The position numbers and the translations under genes were made by a program. A stretch of 64,000 nucleotides of DNA, taken from positions 1,248,001 through 1,312,000 of the forward strand of contig CAVYGB010000008.1 in assembly GCA_963767925.1 (NCBI GenBank), read 5' to 3'. The DNA comes from an uncultured delta proteobacterium (GTDB taxonomy: Bacteria; Myxococcota_A; Polyangia; Fen-1088). This document shows positions 19,170 to 31,231 of this stretch, piece after piece; within the stretch, counting starts at the first letter, position 1; each line of letters starts with the position of its first letter. The notes beneath the pieces are model-generated. The model worked only from the letters and a program-made list of their open reading frames with translations, ran no database searches and was not told the DNA's origin.

Positions 19170-19895
19170 TCACAGCGCGTGCCGGAGATGCAGCGGGGCG
19201 CTCCGGTCGGCGGCGTCGGTCCGGTGTCTCTCGCCACCGAGGTTGCGCCCCACCACCGGCTGGACCTGCAGCCCCTCGAGCGAGGCGGGCGCCAGCGGGT
19301 CGGGTCGATGAAACCGCGGCCGCGCCTCGGTGAGCGCCACCGAGGCCGTCCCGAGTAGCCCGGGCAGGGGCCGGAGCGCCGCCGCCAGCACCACCGTCCC
19401 CGGCGCCCCCGCGACCCGGCGCAGCCGCAACCAGGCCGCGCCGGGGATGACGGGGGTGCGCTCGCCAAAATCGAGCACCAGCAGCCCGAACCCACCCGCC
19501 GCCACGATCGCCTCCGCCGCCGCCAGCAGCCGCAGCGGTCCGGCGTTGTGTCGGACCAGCCCGGTCCGGGGGGCGCCGCGCACCCAGAGCAGCCGCTCGA
19601 GCGGGACACCGAGGCGGTGGGCGGCGCGGGGATCGAAGGCGCCCTCGAAGTCGACCAGCGCCGCCGCTTCCCCCCTGGTGAGCGCGGCTGCCAGGGACGC
19701 CAGCAGCACCGCGGTGCGCCCGTGTCCCCGGGGACCACACAGCTCCGACACGGCCCCCCGGGGCCAGCCCCCCCCCAGCCGCGCGTCCAGCGCTGCAACG
19801 CCCGTGGTCAGGCGCTGGCGCCGCTCGCGGGCTTCGAGCTCGCGGGCCGGCACCAGGTGCCCGGCCAGACCCGCTATCGACACCCCCGAGGACAT
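19170..19895 (-). CDS. imuA: ImuA / RecA-like protein
   Basis: TGVAALDARLGGGWPRGAVSELCG, degenerate Walker A GHGRT, AFDP...LERLLWV, GFGLLVLD; directly upstream of imuB. Confidence 0.85.
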   Translation of the reverse strand: MSSGVSIAGLAGHLVPARELEARERRQRLTTGVAALDARLGGGWPRGAVSELCGPRGHGRTAVLLASLAAALTRGEAAALVDFEGAFDPRAAHRLGVPLERLLWVRGAPRTGLVRHNAGPLRLLAAAEAIVAAGGFGLLVLDFGERTPVIPGAAWLRLRRVAGAPGTVVLAAALRPLPGLLGTASVALTEARPRFHRPDPLAPASLEGLQVQPVVGRNLGGERHRTDAADRSAPLHLRHAL

Positions 19896-19909
19896 CTCGA
19901 AGATCGATA

Positions 19910-19927
19910 CCTGAACTTTCGTTCAGG
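19910..19927. promoter_or_regulatory. LexA (SOS) box, myxobacterial type
   Basis: CCTGAAC-tttc-GTTCAGG palindrome 14 bp upstream of imuA; one mismatch to the Myxococcus consensus CTRHAMRYBYGTTCAGS. Confidence 0.8.
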
Positions 19928-19979
19928 TTCAAGGCGAGGGCGAACGCTGCCGAGCCAGGCGCTCGATATCCTTGGATTC

Positions 19980-20408
19980 TTAGGGCAAACCCGCCGCGAA
20001 GGTGTCGATCTCTGGCGGCAAGACATCGCGCATGACCCGGACCTCCAGGGCGAGGTCGGCGTCGGGATCGAGGTCCGTCTCGGTCTCGCCGTAGCCCAGG
20101 GAGGCGCCCTGGGAATCACGCGGCGCCACCCCGATCTTCAACGTGCCGGGATCATCCGCGGAGAAGCTCACCGAGAAGTCGATCGAGTCGGTGGCGGAGA
20201 TCCGATACGGCCCGCCCGGAGATCGCGGGTAGTAGAGCGTGTCCTTGCGCTCGGGCCCACCGGCCGGAGTCTCGGTGATCTGGACCTGGAACTGCGCCAC
20301 GTAGGCGAGATCACCGCCCGCCGATCGGACCGTCACCACGGCGAACGTCTCACCGCTCGAGCAACCCGCCGCGAGCAGGAGGCAGGCGAGGACCGCCGGG
20401 ACCCTCAC
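19980..20408 (-). CDS. Hypothetical lipoprotein
   Basis: GTGA overlap with upstream stop; lipobox LAAGC; beta-rich body. Confidence 0.65.
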   Translation of the reverse strand: MRVPAVLACLLLAAGCSSGETFAVVTVRSAGGDLAYVAQFQVQITETPAGGPERKDTLYYPRSPGGPYRISATDSIDFSVSFSADDPGTLKIGVAPRDSQGASLGYGETETDLDPDADLALEVRVMRDVLPPEIDTFAAGLP

Positions 20409-20791
20409 CGGAAGGCCTCCATGTTGCCCAGGCGGGTGCGGGGCGCCTCCGCGCCACGGGTCGCCGCCACAACCAGCACGGTGGCGCTCACCGCCAGCGC
20501 GCCCACCGCCGCCCAGAACCACCACTTCTGGGTGATGGACGCGCGCTCACCGGCGGAGAGCGTCTCGCGGGAGACAGCGTGTACGGGCTCCACGGGCTGA
20601 CCCTGGGTCACGGCGGCCAGGAGGCGCGGCTTCGGGTCGAGGAGCGTGGCCGGCGGACCGGACGCCGGCCGGCAGCCGCGCCAGGGATCGATGCGGGCTG
20701 ACGGCCCGGCCGGCCGTTCCGGTTGCGCGGAGACAGCGCGCGGGGCCAGCGCGCAGACGAGGAGTCCGATCAGGAGGGGGCGGAAGATCAC
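20405..20791 (-). CDS. Hypothetical exported protein with C-terminal membrane anchor
   Basis: Signal peptide; ITQKWWFWAAVG TM motif common in myxobacterial proteins; GTGA overlaps on both sides. Confidence 0.6.
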   Translation of the reverse strand: MIFRPLLIGLLVCALAPRAVSAQPERPAGPSARIDPWRGCRPASGPPATLLDPKPRLLAAVTQGQPVEPVHAVSRETLSAGERASITQKWWFWAAVGALAVSATVLVVAATRGAEAPRTRLGNMEAFR

Positions 20792-21261
20792 TTGCCCGAA
20801 CACCGAGCCTTCTCGGCAGCCGCCATCTGAGCGGCCTCCGACTGACGCTCCCAGGTCGCCGACTCGAGGTTCCAGTTCATGCCTTCCCCGTCGAAGAACA
20901 CCGTTACTTCCTTGTCGGCGATGCTGCCGTCAGGGCTGATCGCCTTGTAGACACCTTCGAACTGATTTTCGCCCTTTTTCTGCAGGCTGAAAACCCGGGT
21001 TCCCATATCAATCCCTGCCACGCTGCGCAACCGGTTCCCCGGAGAGGCAAGACAGCCAATGACGGTGTCGCCCCGCTGGAGGAACTCCACCACCCGACCA
21101 TCGAGCGCTCCGCCGGCCGCGAGCATCTTGTACCGAGCGCCCTCGAGCGCGATGGGACCGGCCGGCACGCTGGCGGCGCCGCTCGTCGAGGCGCACCCGG
21201 CCAGGCTCGCTCCTGCTACCGCCATGGAGATCGAAACGATGTGGACGGAGAGTGTTTTCAT
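20788..21261 (-). CDS. Hypothetical lipoprotein
   Basis: G-rich RBS, MKT..., lipobox LAGC. Confidence 0.7.
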   Translation of the reverse strand: MKTLSVHIVSISMAVAGASLAGCASTSGAASVPAGPIALEGARYKMLAAGGALDGRVVEFLQRGDTVIGCLASPGNRLRSVAGIDMGTRVFSLQKKGENQFEGVYKAISPDGSIADKEVTVFFDGEGMNWNLESATWERQSEAAQMAAAEKARCSGK

Positions 21262-21344
21262 GTCGTCCCCCCTACACCGCTGCCGCACCTAGGTCAACCT
21301 TGGAACAGTCACCCATGGTGCACTGTGCATGGTATCTTGGCTGC

Positions 21345-22148
21345 ATGAGGTGTGGAAGTAGTCGGGGTGGGTGGGCGCTGTTGTTGCTGGGGCTCGTGAC
21401 GTTCGGAGCCTGTGCGCGATGGAGGGGAGGAGGCGGCGGCTCCGGCCAGAAAGCGAGTACCCCGGCAGCGGACGTACCACTCATCGGCTTGCAGCGAGGT
21501 GGCCACTGGTCGGTGCTGACCATCCGGCCGCCCCACCTGAGCGGCCCTCAGTTTCATCTGCTGCTGAAGAACAGCGTCCTCACGGGCGCGGTCTCGGGCG
21601 GCACCGCGCCGGCGGGGACCTTGCGGGTCAACATCACCGCCGACGGCGCCGAAGGCTTCGGCCCCCTCGGCCCCGTCTCCCTCGATTTCTTCAGCGACGA
21701 GAGCAAGACCACCGCCGAGGGCACCTGGAACGGCGGCCGGGTTCACCTGGTCTTCTCCCGCGATTCGCTCCGCGGGACGGTGGCCTCCAACTCGTTCTTC
21801 TTCAGCAAGACCCACGGCGGCGGCACGAGTGGATCGGAGGCCTTCCGCAACCCGCGCATGCGGGCCTTCGGGCGCTCGGCCGACCACATCGACCCGTTGC
21901 CCTCGGACGTCTCCTGCGAATATTACCTCGACCAGCTCAGCCCCGACGGGGCGCTCAACGGCGGGTCCACCTGCGCTGGTATGCCCCAGCAGACCCGCCT
22001 CGAGGTGCCGCGCATCGCCCAGGCCTGGATGACCCGGGCCGAGCTGGTCACGGTGCTGGTGGCCGTCCTCTCCTCGCCCCCCCTCGTCGTCGCCGAGGAC
22101 TATGGTCCTCGCTTCGAGCCCCCCTCGACGGCCACCTTCCGCCGCTGA
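21345..22148 (+). CDS. Hypothetical lipoprotein (paralog of 49734-50348)
   Basis: Lipobox FGAC; strong GC3 bias; shared motifs with the 49.7 kb ORF. Confidence 0.7.
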   Translation: MRCGSSRGGWALLLLGLVTFGACARWRGGGGGSGQKASTPAADVPLIGLQRGGHWSVLTIRPPHLSGPQFHLLLKNSVLTGAVSGGTAPAGTLRVNITADGAEGFGPLGPVSLDFFSDESKTTAEGTWNGGRVHLVFSRDSLRGTVASNSFFFSKTHGGGTSGSEAFRNPRMRAFGRSADHIDPLPSDVSCEYYLDQLSPDGALNGGSTCAGMPQQTRLEVPRIAQAWMTRAELVTVLVAVLSSPPLVVAEDYGPRFEPPSTATFRR

Positions 22149-22160
22149 CCGGCCCGCCTC

Positions 22161-23488
<1,328 letters not shown>

Positions 23489-23837
23489 GGTGCTCCTTGG
23501 GGTCTACGAAGGTACGACCTCTATACCTCTCTCCGGGCCGCCGCCGGCAGGCCGTGAATGAGGTATGGAGGTCGGTCCCGATGAATGATTGGACCGCCCA
23601 GTGCAAGCGGTGGGCCGACCACGGGTACGGGCCTTCGACAGGCCCTCATGGGGCAACCCCGGGCCAGGCACGCTGGACTGGACCCTGCGACGAATACCTC
23701 CGACGGGTAGAACGTGCGATGGTGGGCCCCACAGGGCAAATGAGGATAGAGATGAGGACAGGGACGAGGCTACGACCGGGCCCGCCTGCCAGCTGGGCCG
23801 CCGCGGCGACCCAACTTTGAGCCGACCGAATCGGTGA

Positions 23838-23968
23838 AATGTGGTAAAAAGCTGACCCTCTTTTAAACACCACACGTCGGAAGAGGAAGGTGCGCGTGCC
23901 GAGGCTCGATCGAGCTCGGTGAAACCTTCCGCAGACGCCGGCGGCGGAAACCAACGCGAAAGGACAAG
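23838..23968 (+). promoter_or_regulatory. rpsB extended -10 promoter and structured 5' leader
   Basis: TGTGGTAAAAA at 23840-23850 resembles the conserved rpsB extended -10; followed by ACACCACAC and hairpins. Confidence 0.55.
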
Positions 23969-24894
23969 ATGGAAACGAGACGCAACCGACCCGGCCGCCC
24001 CAAGCCCGAGACCTTCGCAACCCTCGCTCGACAGCCCGCTCACGATGCGGGAGATGATGGAAGCCGGTGTCCACTACGGACACCAGACCAAGCGCTGGAA
24101 CCCGAAGATGAAGCAGTTCATCTACGGGGCCCGCAACGGCGTTCACATCATCGATCTGCAGTTCTCGGTGCGCGCCTTTCGCCGCGCCTTCAACTTCCTG
24201 GTCAACACCGTCGCCTCCGGCAAGCCGGTCCTCTTCGTGGGCACCAAGAAGCAGGCCCAGGACGTCATCCGCGAGGAGGCGGCCCGCTGCAACCAGTTCT
24301 ACGTGACCAACCGCTGGCTCGGCGGCACTCTCACCAACTTCCACACCGTCAAGGGCTCGATCGAGCGCCTGCACAACATCGAGAAGATGTCGACCGACGG
24401 CACCTTCGAGCGCTTGACCAAGAAAGAGGTCATCGGCCTCACGCGCGAGCGGGAGAAGCTGGAGAAGGCGCTCGGCGGCATCAAGGAGATGGGTGAGCTG
24501 CCCGGGGCGGTGTTCATCGTCGACGTCGTCAAGGAGCACATCGCGGTCAGCGAGGCTCGCAAGCTGGAGATCCCGATCGTCGCCGTGGTCGACACCAACT
24601 GCGACCCCGACGTGATCGACTACGCCGATCCCCGGCAACGACGACGCCATCCGTTCGATCAAGCTGTTCACCAGCAAGGTGGCCGAGGCCTGCATCGTGG
24701 GCCAGACGGCTGTCGCGAGAACGGGCCACCCAGGCCCGCACCGCAGGGCAACGACGGCGAACCGGGCGAGGCCCCCACCATCCGCGTCTCTTCGGGCGGC
24801 GAAGGCCCCCGCGTGGAGGTCGTCTCCCGGCGTCGCAGCGAGCTGCCCACCCCCGAGGCGGCGGCCACCCCCGAGGACGGGGAAGGCCAAGTAG
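23969..24894 (+). CDS. rpsB: 30S ribosomal protein S2 (frameshift near 24630; start uncertain)
   Basis: [63 protein letters not shown] after the shift. Confidence 0.95.
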
Positions 24895-24934
24895 CGTCGT
24901 CCCCCCGGACGCCAGCTTCGTCGAGGAACGACCA

Positions 24935-25591
24935 ATGGATATCAGCGCACAGATGATCAAGGACCTGCGCGACCGCACCGGCGCAGGGATGAGCGACTGC
25001 AAGAAGGCGCTCGTCGAGTGTCAGGCCGACATGGAAAAGGCGATCGAGTACCTGCGCAAGAAGGGCATCGCCTCGGCGGCCAAGAAAGCGGCCCGGGTCG
25101 CCTCTCAGGGGGTGGTCACCAGCTACCTGCACGGGGCACGCATCGGCGTCCTCGTGGAGGTCAACTGCGAGACCGACTTCGTTGCCCGCAACGAGGCCTT
25201 CCAGGAGTTCGCCCGCGACGTGGCCATGCAGGTGGCCGCCATGAGCCCGCAGTACGTGGCCGAGGAGGACATCCCTCCCTCGGAGGTCGAGAAGGAGAAG
25301 TCGATCCGACTCGAGCTGGCCAGCAAGAGCGGCAAGCCGGAGGCGGTGTGGCCCAAGATCGTCGAGGGCCAGCTCGCCAAGTGGCGCAAGGAGATCTGTC
25401 TGCTCGATCAGATCTGGGTCAAGGACCCCGATGGCAAGAAGGACATCCGCTCCCTGCTCACCGACCTGGTGGCCAAGACCGGCGAGAACTGCAAGGTTCG
25501 TCGTTTCGTCCGCTACGAAGTGGGCGAAGGTCTGGAGAAGAAGACCGACGACTTCGTGGCCGAGGTGAAGAAGCAGGCGGAAGGTACCTGA
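24935..25591 (+). CDS. tsf: Elongation factor Ts
   Basis: [37 protein letters not shown]. Confidence 0.97.
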   Translation: MDISAQMIKDLRDRTGAGMSDCKKALVECQADMEKAIEYLRKKGIASAAKKAARVASQGVVTSYLHGARIGVLVEVNCETDFVARNEAFQEFARDVAMQVAAMSPQYVAEEDIPPSEVEKEKSIRLELASKSGKPEAVWPKIVEGQLAKWRKEICLLDQIWVKDPDGKKDIRSLLTDLVAKTGENCKVRRFVRYEVGEGLEKKTDDFVAEVKKQAEGT

Positions 25592-25636
25592 GCACCGCTG
25601 CGCGGGCGGCCTTGCGCTAGAAGGGAAAGAGGGGCC

Positions 25637-26482
25637 ATGGAGAGGGGCAAGGTTCCGACCAACGGCGAGCCGGAGGAGGGGTCCGAGACCGAAGAGGTCG
25701 AGGAGACCCCTCGTCCGCTCGCGCCCGGGGTGCGCTACCGGCGCATCCTGCTCAAGCTGTCGGGCGAGGCCCTCATGGGCCAGCAGTGCTACGGCATCGA
25801 CGCGGCCACCTTGTCCCAGATCGCCGACGAGGTGATCGACGTCCTCAGCCTGGGGGTGGAGATCGCCCTCGTCATCGGCGGGGGTAACATCTTTCGCGGG
25901 GTGGCCGGCGCCTCCTCGGGCATGGATCGGGCCCACGCCGACTACATGGGGATGCTCGCCACCCTCATCAACGCCCTCGCCATGCAGGACGCGCTCGAGT
26001 CGCGCGGTTCGCGCACCCGGGTCATGTCGGCCATCGAGGTGCAGCGGGTGGCCGAGCCCTACATCCGCCGGCGGGCCATTCGCCACCTGGAGAAGGGGAG
26101 GCTGGTCATCTTCGCGGCCGGCACCGGCAACCCGTTCTTCACCACCGACACGGCCGCCTCCCTGCGGGCCATGGAGATCGGGGCCGAGATCGTCATGAAG
26201 GCGACCCGGGTCGATGGTGTTTACGACAAGGACCCCCACAAGCACAAAGACGCCCGCATGTTCCGGCGCCTGTCCTACATGGACGTGCTCAACCGGAACC
26301 TCGAGGTCATGGACAGCACGGCCATCTCGCTCTGTCGGGACAACCGACTGCCCATCCTGGTATTCAACATGACCAAGCCCGGTAACATCCGGCGGGTTGT
26401 GCTCGGCGAGCCTCTCGGTACCATGGTGGTCGAGGAGCGCCGGCTGTCCCGGGATGTCGAGCCGGACGAAACCCCTCTTTAG
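25637..26482 (+). CDS. pyrH: UMP kinase
   Basis: [38 protein letters not shown]. Confidence 0.97.
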   Translation: MERGKVPTNGEPEEGSETEEVEETPRPLAPGVRYRRILLKLSGEALMGQQCYGIDAATLSQIADEVIDVLSLGVEIALVIGGGNIFRGVAGASSGMDRAHADYMGMLATLINALAMQDALESRGSRTRVMSAIEVQRVAEPYIRRRAIRHLEKGRLVIFAAGTGNPFFTTDTAASLRAMEIGAEIVMKATRVDGVYDKDPHKHKDARMFRRLSYMDVLNRNLEVMDSTAISLCRDNRLPILVFNMTKPGNIRRVVLGEPLGTMVVEERRLSRDVEPDETPL

Positions 26483-26494
26483 GAGGATGTTCCG

Positions 26495-27052
26495 ATGGTA
26501 AGCGACGTGCTCAAGGACCTGCAGGGCTCGATCGACAAGGGAATCGAAGGCTTCAAGCGGGAGCTCGCCAAGGTGCGGACCGGTCGCGCCAACCTGGGCG
26601 TCCTCGATGGCATCAAGGTCGACTATTACGGCACGCCCACGCCCCTCAACCAGATCGCCTCGCTCAACGTCCCCGACGCCCGCCTCATAACGATCAAGCC
26701 CTGGGAAAAGACCCTCATCTCGGAGATCGAGAAGGCCATCCGGGCTGCTCAGCTCGGGCTCAACCCCAGCTCGGACGGAGAGATCGTGCGGGTGCCCATG
26801 CCCGCCTTGACCGAGGAGCGGCGCAAGGACCTGGTCAAGGTCGTCAAGAAGATGGCCGAAGAGGCCAAGGTCGCCCTGCGGGGCCACCGCCGGGACGCCA
26901 ACGAGATGCTCAAGGACTTCCTCAAGGAAAAGACCATCACCGAGGACGAGGAGAAGGCCGGCCTCAAGAGGGTCCAGGACGCGACCGACGGGGCCGTCAC
27001 CCGGGTGGACGAGATCCTCGCCAAGAAAGAGGCGGAGATCCTCGAGGTCTAG
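26495..27052 (+). CDS. frr: Ribosome recycling factor
   Basis: AGGAGG RBS; RTGRAN, DYYGTPTPLNQ, LGLNP, LTEERRKDL. Confidence 0.97.
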   Translation: MVSDVLKDLQGSIDKGIEGFKRELAKVRTGRANLGVLDGIKVDYYGTPTPLNQIASLNVPDARLITIKPWEKTLISEIEKAIRAAQLGLNPSSDGEIVRVPMPALTEERRKDLVKVVKKMAEEAKVALRGHRRDANEMLKDFLKEKTITEDEEKAGLKRVQDATDGAVTRVDEILAKKEAEILEV

Positions 27053-27061
27053 CCGGTAGCG

Positions 27062-27081
27062 GGCGGCGGTTGTCCGCCGCC
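27062..27081. terminator. Hairpin between convergent genes (possible bidirectional terminator)
   Basis: GGCGGCGG-ttgt-CCGCCGCC; no U-tract. Confidence 0.5.
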
Positions 27082-27086
27082 GCGAG

Positions 27087-27491
27087 CTATTCCTTGGCCA
27101 CGGGGGCCACGCCGCTGGCGCTCTCCTTGTCGAACGTCACCCTGGCGACGTCGACCTGGTTGAGCACCAGCCGCAACATGGTGCCGGTCCCCTTGAGCAG
27201 CAGCTCCCGCTGCATCAGGGGGTAAACCCGCAGCCCATCTCGTTCGGGCGGGTCACCCTGGGACTTCCGGCCCGGAATGCCACTCACGATGATGATCTTC
27301 TCGCCCGGCTGGAGCATGAAGCCCGGGTCGATGTGACCCATGACCGACCCCCGCTTGCCCGGTCGAGACACGACCACCGCCAGCCCCCGGGTGCTGACGG
27401 GGGAGGCGCTCTGATTGGCGAGCAGGAACCACTCCTCGTTGACCTTCTTGGGGTCGGACGCGGCGTGTATTTCCTCGAAGACCAGCGGCAT
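27087..27491 (-). CDS. Hypothetical protein, lamin-tail-domain-like
   Basis: EEIH...NEEWFLLAN.S..PV...G.....F.LQPGEKIII pattern. Confidence 0.55.
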   Translation of the reverse strand: MPLVFEEIHAASDPKKVNEEWFLLANQSASPVSTRGLAVVVSRPGKRGSVMGHIDPGFMLQPGEKIIIVSGIPGRKSQGDPPERDGLRVYPLMQRELLLKGTGTMLRLVLNQVDVARVTFDKESASGVAPVAKE

Positions 27492-27585
27492 GGCGAGTCT
27501 ATAGACCCCGCTTGGCGCAATGGTCAAGATCGATGCTCGCCCGGTTGGGCTGACCGGCCGGGTCTGTGCTACAAAATCGAAGCCG

Positions 27586-27864
27586 ATGCCCAAGTTCGAA
27601 GTCGACATCCCCCACTCGCTGCAGCCGGATGACGTCCGCGAGCGACTGGGCCGCGCCACGGCCAAGCTCGAGCGGGACTACGGCGCCACCTGCCGCTGGG
27701 ATGGGGACGGCAGCCTGATCGTTTCGCGCAAGGGCCTGGAGGCCCGGGTGGCCGTGGAGCCCACCCGGCTGCACGTCAATGTCGATATCGGGTTCCTGCT
27801 CACCCCGATGGCGGGCAGCATCCGGAACGGCATCACGAAGCAGCTGACCGACCTCTTGCAGTAG
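27586..27864 (+). CDS. Polyhydroxyalkanoic acid system family protein
   Basis: IPHSL...RL...LE..YG..C.W.GD...SRKG...IGFLL.P..G.I pattern. Confidence 0.75.
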   Translation: MPKFEVDIPHSLQPDDVRERLGRATAKLERDYGATCRWDGDGSLIVSRKGLEARVAVEPTRLHVNVDIGFLLTPMAGSIRNGITKQLTDLLQ

Positions 27865-28789
27865 CCGCAGCGGCGCTGGCCGTGGCGGTCGCGCTGGCCA
27901 GATCCTCGAGGCGACGGCGGGCCCGCTGCACCTCCCGGATGGTGCTCTCGGCGCCCCCGGTGACGATGTAGGATACCGCCGCCGGCCAGTCGCCGGTGGG
28001 GCGCAGCTCGAGCTCTCCCAGCCCGAGCAGCAGCTCGGAGTCCAGCCCGACCTGGTCACTGGCCAGGATGAGGCGGGCGGAGCGAGCCAGCTCGCTCCAG
28101 CGCTCGGCGGCCCGGGGCAGGCGGAGCGTCTCGAGCACCGCCCAGCGGGCCGGCGACAGCGCCACCCCCAGCCGGGCCCCGGAGAACTCGGCGATCAGGC
28201 TCCGGGCTTCGCGGGGGCTGGGGATCTGCCAGGGGGTGGCGGCCACCGGCAGGGCCAGCTCGACCCCCCCGCGTTCGGCGAGCGCCAGCAGCGGCTCGAG
28301 CGCCGACCGGCAGGCATCCAGGATGCGGGGGCCTCGGGCCCGCCGCTCCTCGAGCGCCGCCTGCAGGAGGTCCCAGCCGGGCTCGCCCTCGTCCATCTGC
28401 CTCCGGGCGAAGGCCAGCCGCAGATCGGACTCCCGGGGCGCCAGGGCGGCCGGCCCCAGATCGAGGGTGAAGGCCGGGATCCCCAGGCTGCTGCCCGCCT
28501 CGATCGTCCGGGTGGCGAGCTGGACCGCGGTCAACCGCTCCTCCGGGTCGTGGGCCGACAGGTGGGGAAGCCGCTTGCCCCGGCCCAGGCGGGCGTCGGC
28601 CAGCGGGCAGAGGGAGGCGCCGATCGGCAGGCCCGCGCGCAGCGAACCGCTCGCCAGCACGGGCAGCAAGGATTGGGTGACACTGGCGTCCAGGGCTATT
28701 GCCTGGAAGCCGGCCTCGCTGGCCAGCCGGACGATCCGGTCGGGGCCGAGCTCTTCGGGCGGACGGAGCCGGCAGGCGAGGGCGATCAT
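27833..28789 (-). CDS. Sugar phosphate isomerase/epimerase-like TIM barrel (degenerate)
   Basis: GFQAIAL, LSAHDPEERL.AV....TIE, LEPLL.LAE.GGV.L; metal ligands look degenerate. Confidence 0.5.
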   Translation of the reverse strand: MIALACRLRPPEELGPDRIVRLASEAGFQAIALDASVTQSLLPVLASGSLRAGLPIGASLCPLADARLGRGKRLPHLSAHDPEERLTAVQLATRTIEAGSSLGIPAFTLDLGPAALAPRESDLRLAFARRQMDEGEPGWDLLQAALEERRARGPRILDACRSALEPLLALAERGGVELALPVAATPWQIPSPREARSLIAEFSGARLGVALSPARWAVLETLRLPRAAERWSELARSARLILASDQVGLDSELLLGLGELELRPTGDWPAAVSYIVTGGAESTIREVQRARRRLEDLASATATASAAAATARGRSAAS

Positions 28790-28863
28790 GGTCCGCAGGA
28801 TAGCGCCCTCGGGGTCGAGGCGCCCCGGATGGCACCGACGATCGAGCGGAAATCCTTCCGGTT

Positions 28864-28891
28864 TTGACAGGCATTTGCGCGCCGGTATAAA
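28864..28891 (+). promoter_or_regulatory. Sigma70-type promoter of the OmpA/TSP3 gene
   Basis: TTGACA-N16-TATAAA. Confidence 0.6.
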
Positions 28892-28969
28892 ACCGGCGCT
28901 CCCTCGAGTTTCGTAGCTCGGGGCCTTTTGGCGCCTTCGCCCCCGGCACCCACGACTCTGGAGAGGTTA

Positions 28970-30987
<2,018 letters not shown>

Positions 30988-31170
30988 CGGCCGCACCGGG
31001 GTCGGCCGGCGCGCGGGCGTAGTCGCTCGGAGCGCCGCCGACCAGCCAGGAAAACCGGCCCTGGGAACGTTTCGACGGCGGTCACGTCCCGGTCGAGGTA
31101 GGTAGGCTAACTACCTGAGATCGGGGCGTAATCGAGGTGTGGGCATTTGCATCCTGGGGCGTCGTTTCAC

Positions 31171-31198
31171 TTGACTGGCGGCGGAGCTGAGCTATTAA
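31171..31198 (+). promoter_or_regulatory. Candidate sigma70 promoter of dnaG
   Basis: TTGACT-N16-TATTAA. Confidence 0.45.
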
Positions 31199-31231
31199 AG
31201 GTCGGCCCGTAAAAACGGCGTGGGTTGCGTT

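Noticed and set aside
23730..23790. CACAGGGCAAA...GGGACG resembling a c-di-GMP-I riboswitch
   Set aside because: No P2 hairpin with a GNRA loop and no GCAAAG motif
31100..31125. GGTAG/CTACC inverted repeat and IHF-like TAACTACCTGA upstream of dnaG
   Set aside because: Too short and too degenerate to support
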